A stretch of DNA of 64,000 nt from a virus, in the IMG/VR virus record IMGVR_UViG_3300022777_000060, one strand, 5' to 3'. A program made the translations under genes and the position numbers. The notes beneath the pieces were generated by a model, which saw only the letters and a program-made list of their open reading frames with translations, was not told where the DNA came from and searched no databases. This document shows, in pieces, positions 55,499 through 63,544 of the stretch; the first letter of the stretch is position 1; each line of letters opens with the position of its first letter.

Positions 55499-56087
55499 TT
55501 ACTTTGTAAGGATTCCCACGCCCATTTGTTCCAGCTCATGGAGCGCTTCATCCGAATTTTCCAAACCCTTCGTCACGTTGTCAAAAACGTAGGTGTCGAA
55601 GTTCTCGTGTACAGCGTCCTTCGCCGTCCACTTCACGCAAAAGTCGGTGGCGAGTCCAACGATGTACACACGGCTGACCGAACGTGCGTTCAAGTAAGCG
55701 GCAAGTCCTGTGTTTGTCTTTCCGTCGTTCTCGTAAAATCCCGAGTACGAGTCAAGGTGCTGCCGAAACCCTTTGCGAATGATCATGTTCGCTTGGGTTG
55801 TGTCGAGATCCGGATGAAACTCCGCACCTTCCGTTCCCTGAACGCAGTGGTCGGGCCAAAGCACCTGTTCTCCGTACTCAGCGTCCATCACGTCAAACGG
55901 CTCGGCGCCGCCGTGAGAGGAAGCAAACGAGCTGTGACCGGAAGGGTGCCAATCTTGCGTAAGCACCACGCAATCGAAATCCTCCATCAACTCGTTTGCG
56001 GCCGGAACAATGTCTTCGCCGCCGGGCACTTCAAGGGCGCCACCAGTGCAGAAGCTTCTGCACGTCAACTACAATGAACGCTTCCAT
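55499..56087 (-). pseudogene. pncA: Nicotinamidase/pyrazinamidase with an apparent 2-nt deletion near codon 11
   Basis: MEAFIVVDVQ (ATG 56087) and FCTGGAL..QDWHP..WPDHCVQG..DSYSGF..GLATDFCV lie in different frames. Confidence 0.8.
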
Positions 56088-56191
56088 AAGTCAAGGTGTA
56101 ACAGGTTATCAGATAGTTATACGCCGCCTCTATCGGGATGATGAAAACCCAAGGGATCGCAACCCCAAGGGGCCGACGAAGCGGCTTAGAG

Positions 56192-56264
56192 CCGTCCCAG
56201 TCGGATTTGAACCGACGCTACAACCGTGACAGGGTCGCGTGCTGGGCCACTACACTATGGGACG
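56192..56264 (-). tRNA. tRNA-Asp(GTC)
   Basis: CGACC-CTGTCAC-GGTTG; G73. Confidence 0.92.
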
Positions 56265-56268
56265 AATG

Positions 56269-56343
56269 CTCCCCCTATGGGACTTGAACCCATGTTCTCC
56301 GCCGTGACAGGGCGGCGTTCACTCCAAGCTGAACCGAGGGGGA
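56269..56343 (-). tRNA. tRNA-Asp(GTC), divergent second copy (C at position 8)
   Basis: CCGCC-CTGTCAC-GGCGG; full cloverleaf. Confidence 0.8.
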
Positions 56344-56412
56344 ATGTTTCTTTCTACCGTGCGTCTATTATATATGGAGCAAAGTCGAAAGTTTCAAGCT
56401 CAACGGGAAGAT

Positions 56413-57186
56413 TCAAGGCTGCTTCACGTTGTATTCGGCCGTGAAGGTTTCTGTCGTCGGTGCTGCGAAAGGTGGAACAGTCACACGATACTCAACCTTG
56501 AACTGTCCGGAAGACCCTTGAGGATCAAACTGAATGCCTGTTGAAGCGTCTTGCCATCCTTCTCCCGAAGGGTTTGCTTCAATGATCCAACCGCTTGGAA
56601 GTTCCTCCACTATCGAGAACTTAACAAAGTCTTCAGATTGGAAGTTCGAGTATTGAACCGTCACTTGGCTGCTGAACGGTTCTTCTGAGTTTCCGTACGG
56701 AGCAAAGTCAGCAAAAATGTCGGGCTCAGCCGTGATTGACGGCTGAGACGGTTGTGAAACGATCGTGTTGCTGCAACTTACGATATTCGCACTAGCGCCA
56801 GCTCCAGCATATAGACACAGTTTGAACTCAAAACGCCCACTTGGGATCTCGTGCTCAATGTCATCGGTATACTCAACGTTTGTGTTGAAGTTGTTTTTCT
56901 TTCGAAGCACATTTGATGCAGTGTTCGAGTTGCCATTCACAAACGCGAAGTTTCCCGTCGTTAAGTTGTCGAACCGGATTTGTTTCGGTGGCCCCACTTC
57001 CGGCTTAACCCGAAGACTAGGATCATTATTTCCGGGTCCAGCAAAATCACTCGGGTTAGCACAGTAGTTCGCCCGCAACTCTCCACTGCTTTCAACTACA
57101 ACATCAATGGAGGTCGCGCAATCCTGCCCGAAAGCCGAAATAGGAAACATCAAAACGAGAAACAGAATCAGATTTCGCATAACCAC
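56413..57186 (-). CDS. Secreted two-domain beta protein, putative pilus tip adhesin/minor pilin
   Basis: Signal peptide ending AFG, paired Cys, beta-strand-rich Ig-like segments; last gene of the operon. Confidence 0.55.
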   Translation of the reverse strand: MVMRNLILFLVLMFPISAFGQDCATSIDVVVESSGELRANYCANPSDFAGPGNNDPSLRVKPEVGPPKQIRFDNLTTGNFAFVNGNSNTASNVLRKKNNFNTNVEYTDDIEHEIPSGRFEFKLCLYAGAGASANIVSCSNTIVSQPSQPSITAEPDIFADFAPYGNSEEPFSSQVTVQYSNFQSEDFVKFSIVEELPSGWIIEANPSGEGWQDASTGIQFDPQGSSGQFKVEYRVTVPPFAAPTTETFTAEYNVKQP

Positions 57187-59523
57187 CTATTCATTGAGAA
57201 ATATCACATCTTCCTCGCTTTCGACAGTGAGAGAAATGTCCACGTGTTCGGCAGGACTTGTTTCAACTGTCTTTTCAGAAACAAGCGTCACGTCATTGAG
57301 ATTCTTCACCAGGCGGACCTTCCAAGATCCGGAAGGAACCGCATTGAACTGAACCTTTCCTCTCTCGTCAGAAACACGCCGAAAAGACCTTTTTCCGTTT
57401 GTCAACTCAACGACAACCCCACTCCGAAAAGACCCGTTTTTCTCAAGCACCGTTCCTTCAATAGAAGCACTTTCAATCAAGCGAACAGTTCTTCGGGTTT
57501 GTTGTGCTCCGTATACGGAAACATCCTTGGCAGTGTTCCGAACGATTTGGTTGACAGAAAGGTTCTGAGGAAGAACGCGAATCGAGTGTTCTCCCACTGG
57601 AAGGTTCACGGCATACTTTCCGTCACTATTCGTTTTCGTAGCCTTGTCTCCTATAAGCAAAATCACGCGCGAAACCGGGTCGCCGTTTTCGTCAACCACT
57701 TTTCCAGTAACAAGTCCCACGGAACGGTCTTTATGAACGGGAACGCCAATCTTTTTCGATGCTTCAAACTCAAAACCCCACCGCTTCCGAAAATAGTTCT
57801 GATAGGATCCTTTCAAACCAAACGAGTATCCAGAGTCAAACGTTCCGGAAACTCCAATGTCAGCGCTTTCACTCCACTCCCCGCGACGACTTTGAAGTGA
57901 AACGCTTGCTCTCGCGAACATCCGATTCCGGAACTCGTAGCTGTAAGAAGCGTTCAGTTCCAACTCTTCGCGAAAGTAAGTGTCTTCATACGTCACAGAG
58001 TTTGAAAACCCGTTGTACCCGACCGTGAGGTTATAGTATTCCTCCATCTTCGGCGTCCAAGAAAGCCGTGTTCTCGAACGAACGGAAAACGTTTCGTTTC
58101 GGAAACCTGCGTGACCACCGACTGTGTTTTCCGTTCGGCCAATGTCGTTTTGTTCGTTTTCATAGTAGACGCCGAAGTGCTCCCGACTCAAGTCGAACCG
58201 AAACGTGCGCCCTGAAAAGAAACGGCCGACGTCTTTGAACACTCCCGCCGAAATCTTGGTGTCGTAAATCTCGGTTCCTGCTTCAACCTCATAGTTTTCC
58301 GATCCACGTTCAAACGAAACGTTGTCACTTGAAAACCGCTCGGCGGCTACGTGAAGATAGCTGTCGAAACTTTCTACCGTTCCGTCAATCATGTAAGAAA
58401 GTCCTGTACCGAAGTCAAGTCCAACCTCTCCCAAGATCGAAACGTGATCTTGGTTCAACCCCGACTCCAACGAAAACGTGTTTCCCACGAATCCATTGTT
58501 GGCGTGAGTGAAGTTTCCGCCCACGTGCAGCGACTCAGTGAGGTCGTAGGTTGAGAACATATGATACTGCTTTCTGTCGAGACCGGACCGCCGTGTTCCA
58601 GTGTAGGACCATCCGATGCTCAAACGTTCATATTCTCGCTCAACACCGATTCCGAAACCAGACGTTCCCTCTCCCCCAAGTGTGGACGTGTGAAAAAACT
58701 GATCTCCAAGGCGAATCTGATAATCTGGAGTTCGGACTGTCGCTTTGTACGTACTTCGGTTCGGGAACACAGAGAATCCGTTCAGATTCGAAAGTGGCGG
58801 CGTTTCAATGAGAAAGTCCAGCACCGTTTCGCTTCCTTTTTCAACCGGAGCCGTTCCTTCAGCCCAAAACTGAGACTGGCTACCAACGTCTTCGTAAGAA
58901 GAACGTACCCCCACTTCAACTGAAAACTCGTATCGTTTGATTGAAGCGTCTTCCGATACAGAAACCATACGGATCCTCTCCGAAAACGTTTCTACCTGCT
59001 CTCCTGTGTTGACCGTAACAGACACAAAAGTTTCATTTTCGATAACCTTTTCAACGTCCACAACGGCTTTTTCTCCGACTTCAAGTTTCAAGTTTCGCGA
59101 AACGTCGCCGCTGATAGAAACGCTTGTGGGAACGTTGGAGTTGTTCGTGATCGTGACCCGTCCGAAAGCCTTGCCACCGGCGACAACATACTTTGAGTCC
59201 AGTGAAAAACTTGCCGCCACATCATGGACTTCTGGAACCTTCACAAGCCGCTGCTGCGCCGTTCCCGCTGCCGTGAACGTTACTTCGTATGTTCCTGCCT
59301 CTGTTCCTTCGGGGACCGAAACCCGGACGAGCTGAAGCGACTTTGTTGACCGCTCTTCAAACAGGCTAACGCCCCATCCCTTCGGTACATCTAGATCGGC
59401 TTTGTACTCACCGTCTGACGAAACCGTAAAGGAAAGTGTAGTCGTCCCACCCGGCCGAACTTCCTGAGCAGCCGTCGTTGCTGGAACAACTATCAAAAGT
59501 AGAAGCCACAGCAGCTTCTTCAT
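57187..59523 (-). CDS. Usher-like outer-membrane beta-barrel with N-terminal Ig-like and two C-terminal carboxypeptidase-regulatory-like domains
   Basis: Signal peptide; long run of amphipathic G/aromatic strands; LVTGKVVDENGDPV...TNSDGKY and SIEGTV...SDERGKVQF..VPSG.W. Confidence 0.6.
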   Translation of the reverse strand: MKKLLWLLLLIVVPATTAAQEVRPGGTTTLSFTVSSDGEYKADLDVPKGWGVSLFEERSTKSLQLVRVSVPEGTEAGTYEVTFTAAGTAQQRLVKVPEVHDVAASFSLDSKYVVAGGKAFGRVTITNNSNVPTSVSISGDVSRNLKLEVGEKAVVDVEKVIENETFVSVTVNTGEQVETFSERIRMVSVSEDASIKRYEFSVEVGVRSSYEDVGSQSQFWAEGTAPVEKGSETVLDFLIETPPLSNLNGFSVFPNRSTYKATVRTPDYQIRLGDQFFHTSTLGGEGTSGFGIGVEREYERLSIGWSYTGTRRSGLDRKQYHMFSTYDLTESLHVGGNFTHANNGFVGNTFSLESGLNQDHVSILGEVGLDFGTGLSYMIDGTVESFDSYLHVAAERFSSDNVSFERGSENYEVEAGTEIYDTKISAGVFKDVGRFFSGRTFRFDLSREHFGVYYENEQNDIGRTENTVGGHAGFRNETFSVRSRTRLSWTPKMEEYYNLTVGYNGFSNSVTYEDTYFREELELNASYSYEFRNRMFARASVSLQSRRGEWSESADIGVSGTFDSGYSFGLKGSYQNYFRKRWGFEFEASKKIGVPVHKDRSVGLVTGKVVDENGDPVSRVILLIGDKATKTNSDGKYAVNLPVGEHSIRVLPQNLSVNQIVRNTAKDVSVYGAQQTRRTVRLIESASIEGTVLEKNGSFRSGVVVELTNGKRSFRRVSDERGKVQFNAVPSGSWKVRLVKNLNDVTLVSEKTVETSPAEHVDISLTVESEEDVIFLNE

Positions 59524-60275
59524 TCAGAAACTTCAAAATCGATGCGGAGTCCGTACTTGTTCTTTCGCCCGTCCATAATCAAGACGCCAGAGTATTTTCC
59601 GACTTCAAGCTCTGACACGTCAATCTCAGTTGTCAGAGACGTATTCGGGTGAAGAAGGTGTTGGGTTCCTTTGAACGTTCCAACCCTCTTTCCGTCTTGA
59701 CTGAACGCTTGAAGCTCAATCCGTGGACGAATCGAAATCGATCCGGTGTTTTCCAAATCCAGAAACAACTTTCCGTTGTCGTACTGAATACGGTTTGCTT
59801 GAACATCCACGTTTCCCCCCGAAGCGGTAGCCACAACGTTGATTCCCCATCTGTATCTTTGCTTCATTTGTATCGTTCCCGTCGTGTCCGTCAGGGACTT
59901 CGAGGCAGGCATAATCGTCAGCATTTTCCAGTATGACCCGCTTGCAGAATCCGGAAGCGTCACTCTGTATGTGAGTTCTCTACGGCTTTTCGCGGGAATC
60001 CGAAGAACGGACGGCGAGTGATCAATATCGAGAGAACGGTTGTGATCATGCTTCGTGCCCTTTCGCTCAATACCGAACAGGTAGTTCTCTGTGCCAAGCT
60101 GAACCCGAATCTCTTCGGAAGTCGTGTTGCCAACTTCAATCTTCGCCGTCTTTGTCTGTCCTGCTTCAACTTCATGCCACCGTACGAGTTCGGAATACAC
60201 CTTGACGCCCGGTTGCGCCGAAGCAACGGAAACGAAGAAAAACAGTGAAACCGCAAGCAAAAGTGACTGTCTCAT
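59520..60275 (-). CDS. PapD-like periplasmic pilus chaperone
   Basis: Signal peptide; two Ig-like domains, IEVGNT.....RV, SPSVLRIP...TLP..ASGSYW, LENTGSISIRP. Confidence 0.65.
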   Translation of the reverse strand: MRQSLLLAVSLFFFVSVASAQPGVKVYSELVRWHEVEAGQTKTAKIEVGNTTSEEIRVQLGTENYLFGIERKGTKHDHNRSLDIDHSPSVLRIPAKSRRELTYRVTLPDSASGSYWKMLTIMPASKSLTDTTGTIQMKQRYRWGINVVATASGGNVDVQANRIQYDNGKLFLDLENTGSISIRPRIELQAFSQDGKRVGTFKGTQHLLHPNTSLTTEIDVSELEVGKYSGVLIMDGRKNKYGLRIDFEVSE

Positions 60276-60363
60276 ATGAGTCTTGTTGTGTTTATACGCT
60301 GCTAAGTAAAGCGTAAATCAAACCAAAGCGCGATCCGATTGTTTCCCACTTCAAAGGACTTTC

Positions 60364-60402
60364 AAAAACAAATCCCGACCCCTCACAAAAGAGGCCGGGA
60401 TC
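60364..60402 (-). terminator. Terminator/attenuator after the pilin-like gene
   Basis: ATCCCGGCCTC...GAGGGGTCGGGAT + TTGTTTTT. Confidence 0.7.
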
Positions 60403-60429
60403 ACTTTTTTCAAAATGTCGTCGGATTCG

Positions 60430-61047
60430 TTAGTTCGCGGTGATCGTGTAGGTTACGGTACGGCTAACTGTTCCCGGATTGGCAAATCGGTCAAGGTCGA
60501 AGGTGTACTCGAAATTAACAGTACCTCCACCCTGATCGATATCATTCACAAAGTTAGCGTCACCACTATTCACTGGAACTCCTGTTTGTGGCACACCACT
60601 TTTATTTCCCCCATTCGGAAGACCTGTAATAGAAATAGCGTCAGCATTCACATTCACGGGATCCCCACCGAGATCAAAGTCTGAATCAGCCGAAACCAAA
60701 ATCTTCTGTGTGTTTTGGCTGTTCGTTCCATATACGAGTTTGAAGGTCGCCACAGTCGCACTAATCTGGCCACTGGAAATCCCTTCATTAGTAATTGAAA
60801 CTACATTACCCCCTGTAGTTAACTGCGCAATATCCGCGTTTGGATCTGGAGTTCCGTCCACTTCCAAAGTTATATTTGGAAGGACTCCACTATTTCCCGG
60901 CCCGATAAATGCGAACGATTGAGCAGTCACCGTCACGTTGTGTGAAGCGTTATTGTTTGGAGGGCCTTGTGCCTGAGCACTGGGAGCCGTTGCGATGCCG
61001 ACGAAAAGGAAAAGTGCCGCAAGTGCAGCGAGTGTGCGATTGAACAT
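60430..61047 (-). CDS. Putative major pilin-like secreted protein
   Basis: Signal peptide AQA/Q; N-terminal HNVTVTA strand; C-terminal PGTVSRTVTYTITAN strand; own terminator. Confidence 0.6.
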   Translation of the reverse strand: MFNRTLAALAALFLFVGIATAPSAQAQGPPNNNASHNVTVTAQSFAFIGPGNSGVLPNITLEVDGTPDPNADIAQLTTGGNVVSITNEGISSGQISATVATFKLVYGTNSQNTQKILVSADSDFDLGGDPVNVNADAISITGLPNGGNKSGVPQTGVPVNSGDANFVNDIDQGGGTVNFEYTFDLDRFANPGTVSRTVTYTITAN

Positions 61048-61136
61048 GTTGTTTAGTTGTGTTTGAGAAAAAGTGTGTTGGATTATCACTTACTATATAT
61101 CACTCAACCGGGCCTTGTTCCGAACCTTTTCTTCAT

Positions 61137-61337
61137 TCATCGAAGGTTCATGCTCGCAAAAGACAAAAGCCCAACGCCTGCAAGCGCCGTCATGAGAAAT
61201 GTGATGAACACTCCCACCACTTGAGGCGACGTGCCGCTTATGGCGCCGCCCACAACCGTCGTGACCGCAACGAACGGAATAAGCAAAGTGCAGGCGAGGA
61301 ATGTAAAGTATTTGACTCGCTCAGAAAGAGGGTCCAT
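61137..61337 (-). CDS. Small two-TM membrane protein
   Basis: Two hydrophobic helices. Confidence 0.6.
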   Translation of the reverse strand: MDPLSERVKYFTFLACTLLIPFVAVTTVVGGAISGTSPQVVGVFITFLMTALAGVGLLSFASMNLR

Positions 61338-61361
61338 GCGTGTGCGCGTGATATAATAATG

Positions 61362-61676
61362 TCAGTGAATGCAACTGCCTTCAAATCCGCAATCCGGACA
61401 CGTAGCGGTGTAAACCTGTGCGAAGCCACCACCCTTCGGCTTTTCATTTGAACCGCATTCTGGACACGGGGCTCCACGCCGGGCATATCGCTCGCTCATT
61501 TTGTGGTGGCGAGTGCCGAGAGCGTCGTGCCTATCTTCGAGCCTCTCGATTTTCTTCTCGATTTCCCGCTGCCGACTGCGAATATCGCTTGGCTTGTTCG
61601 GATACTCCTTTGTCTCCGTGTCGGTGTCAGTGTTGTTTTCAAGCTCTTTCCGGTGCCTCTCTGCAGCGTCACTCAT
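61362..61676 (-). CDS. Coiled-coil + Zn-ribbon protein
   Basis: CPECGS...CPDCG. Confidence 0.7.
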   Translation of the reverse strand: MSDAAERHRKELENNTDTDTETKEYPNKPSDIRSRQREIEKKIERLEDRHDALGTRHHKMSERYARRGAPCPECGSNEKPKGGGFAQVYTATCPDCGFEGSCIH

Positions 61677-61754
61677 TTTGACATCGGCTTCTGTGAGAAG
61701 AGAATGTATATGCTCTTACGGCCGAAGACAAAGAAATGTTCCGTGAAGAAAAAG

Positions 61755-61786
61755 CAAAACCCAAGCCCGCCGAAACGGACTTGGGC
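61755..61786 (-). terminator. Intrinsic terminator after tRNA-Gln
   Basis: CCCAAGTCCG-TTTCGG-CGGGCTTGGG + TTTT. Confidence 0.7.
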
Positions 61787-61798
61787 ATTGAATGGTTG

Positions 61799-61871
61799 CT
61801 GCCCCGCAAGGAGTCGAACCTTGAACCTGGTGATCCAAAGTCACCCGCTCTGCCGATTGAGCTACGGAGCA
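61799..61871 (-). tRNA. tRNA-Gln(TTG)
   Basis: GGTGA-CTTTGGA-TCACC. Confidence 0.9.
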
Positions 61872-62113
61872 ATCTCTGAAACAAAAATGCGGTGAACGAC
61901 TCGGCACGTCGCGTATGTCGGTGGGTTGTCCAGTTTCACCGTCACGTTGTATTTTCCAACGTCAAAAGGCGACTCAATGATTTCTCCCGTCTTTGGAACG
62001 GAAACACCTTCATCGAATGTAAGAGCACGAGGTTCAATCTGAACTTTCGTGCCGATTTCTGGATCTTCGCCTACTCGACTTTTCATGTACTCTTGCTCGT
62101 GATTGGCAAGCAT
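61862..62113 (-). CDS. Small hypothetical protein; its TAG is the U8-A9-G10 of tRNA-Gln
   Basis: ATG 62113 (MLANHEQEY). Confidence 0.55.
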   Translation of the reverse strand: MLANHEQEYMKSRVGEDPEIGTKVQIEPRALTFDEGVSVPKTGEIIESPFDVGKYNVTVKLDNPPTYATCRVVHRIFVSEIAP

Positions 62114-62117
62114 ATTG

Positions 62118-62194
62118 TCACCCCGGAGGGATTTGAACCCACGCCTGCATGGATTAAAAGTCCACAGCTCTGGACCAGACTGAGCTACGGGGCA
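62118..62194 (-). tRNA. tRNA-Lys(TTT)
   Basis: Loop CTTTTAA, stem TGGA/TCCA. Confidence 0.88.
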
Positions 62195-62245
62195 ATATAT
62201 GGGATTTTGATGACGCTGAATCCCGAACAGCGCCAACCAACCAAG

Positions 62246-62437
62246 TTAGATCATAGAATCTTCTCCAAATGCCTCTCTCAAGTCTTTTTCGCTGACTTCA
62301 TAGTTCGGCAAAACGCCCATGTTTCCGTCAATGCTTTTTCCAGCACTCGGTCCCGTAAGAAGAACCATGAAGTCACCGTCTTTTACGGCAAACTCTCCGC
62401 CGTGTTCCTCAAATTCGTCGATTTTAACGAGTTTCAT
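62246..62437 (-). CDS. Small hypothetical protein
   Basis: ORF track. Confidence 0.55.
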   Translation of the reverse strand: MKLVKIDEFEEHGGEFAVKDGDFMVLLTGPSAGKSIDGNMGVLPNYEVSEKDLREAFGEDSMI

Positions 62438-62462
62438 CGAAGCATGTTTTTTCGGAGTAAAG

Positions 62463-62538
62463 TAGCCCCTGCTGGATTTGAACCAACGACACCCGCCTTG
62501 TAAGGACGGTGCTCTGGACCAGCCTGAGCTAAGGGGCT
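62463..62538 (-). tRNA. tRNA-Val(TAC)
   Basis: CCGTC-CTTACAA-GGCGG. Confidence 0.92.
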
Positions 62539-62616
62539 ATATGTTCGCGCAGGCAGCCCGTAAGGTCAAGACGCTTATTTTTTCAGGATCCTACGCTTCG
62601 TCTTGACTATGGGCGG

Positions 62617-62691
62617 TTGCCCCGGAGGGATTTGAACCCACGACCACCCGGTTAAGAGCCGGGGACTCTGGCCAGACTGAGTTACGGAGCA
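62617..62691 (-). tRNA. tRNA-Lys(CTT)
   Basis: CCCGG-CTCTTAA-CCGGG. Confidence 0.92.
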
Positions 62692-62791
62692 TGGTTGGAG
62701 GCTTTCAACCCCTCTCGTCCGGTGCTACCAGATCGCTTTTAACCCTTATCGCTTCCAACGATAAGTTTGTTTGTCGCTTGGACGACAATAG

Positions 62792-62867
62792 CACGGCGGG
62801 TGAGTCTTGAACTCACTAACGTCCCGCTTGAAAGGCGGGGCAGTCGAGCCACTTCCTGTTCCGCCGC
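62792..62867 (-). tRNA. Atypical tRNA-Glu(TTC) (A8, unusual D arm)
   Basis: CCCGC-CTTTCAA-GCGGG; T arm GTGAG-TTCAAGA-CTCAC; acceptor GCGGCGG/CCGCCGT. Confidence 0.7.
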
Positions 62868-62987
62868 GTATGTTATAGAAGCGCCTTCCGGTCGCTCCCA
62901 AGTGACCACCGCTCCATATTTCAGGCACACGGCAGGCTTGTAACGGTACGCTTTTCTGCGCGTTGAAGATGACCGCTAACATCTTTG

Positions 62988-63062
62988 TACTGCGTCTCGG
63001 ATTCGAACCGAGGTTACCGGCTTGAAAGGCCAGCGTCCTAGACCAGGCTAGACGAACGCAGC
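62988..63062 (-). tRNA. tRNA-Glu(TTC)
   Basis: CTGGC-CTTTCAA-GCCGG. Confidence 0.92.
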
Positions 63063-63092
63063 ATAATGGTGGGGGAAGGATCCCCCGTGTTG

Positions 63093-63167
63093 TACTGCCA
63101 GCGAGATTTGAACTCGCGTTACCAGCTTGAGAGGCTGGCGTCCTGGACCGGGCTAGACGATGGCAGC
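63093..63167 (-). tRNA. tRNA-Glu(CTC)
   Basis: CCAGC-CTCTCAA-GCTGG. Confidence 0.92.
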
Positions 63168-63169
63168 GT

Positions 63170-63385
63170 ATTGTCGGTCACGGAGAGCGACCCCGCTGTT
63201 TTCTGGCACTTTGGCCAACGGTTGTTCTTATCCGACAGCCAACCCGCTAACTCTTGTTGTAGAGCAATAACTTTACCATAGGACTTATCCTTGCGGAACG
63301 TGCCCGTGCCTTCGTTTTGGGCCGTTAGGTCTTATCCGTCCACCGGGCAAACCCAGTGCTTTGTCCCATGATGGATTGTCCAATA
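63170..63385 (-). ncRNA. Candidate structured ncRNA with three GGATAAG motifs
   Basis: GGATAAG at 63227, 63284, 63331 (minus strand); several hairpins; TTGACA upstream at 63405-63410. Confidence 0.45.
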
Positions 63386-63434
63386 ACGTAAATGCTTCTC
63401 GGAATGTCAAGTGCTTCAAAGAACGTTCATCAAG

Positions 63435-63468
63435 TTGCCTCGGTAGGATTCGAACCCACGGCTTCTAC
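63435..63468 (-). pseudogene. Stranded 3' half of a tRNA (T arm + acceptor strand)
   Basis: GTGGG-TTCGAAT-CCTAC-CGAGGCA; shares CCTACCGAGG with the adjacent tRNA-Arg. Confidence 0.8.
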
Positions 63469-63470
63469 CG

Positions 63471-63544
63471 TCCCCTCGGTAGGACTTGAACCTACGACCT
63501 CCTGTTCCGCAAACAGGTGTTCCTCCAAACTGAACTACGAGGGA
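63471..63544 (-). tRNA. tRNA-Arg(GCG)
   Basis: CCTGT-TTGCGGA-ACAGG; A73. Confidence 0.88.

Noticed and set aside
55378-55500. Possible short ORF between pncA and tRNA(CAT)
   Set aside because: No clear start codon or recognisable motif.
63170-63400. tmRNA or RNase P RNA
   Set aside because: No GGGG...TTCGA 5' end, T arm or CCA, no tag ORF and no P4 signature.
63435-63468. Prophage attL/attR at a tRNA
   Set aside because: No integrase in the window and the genome looks virulent; the adjacent endonuclease is a simpler explanation.
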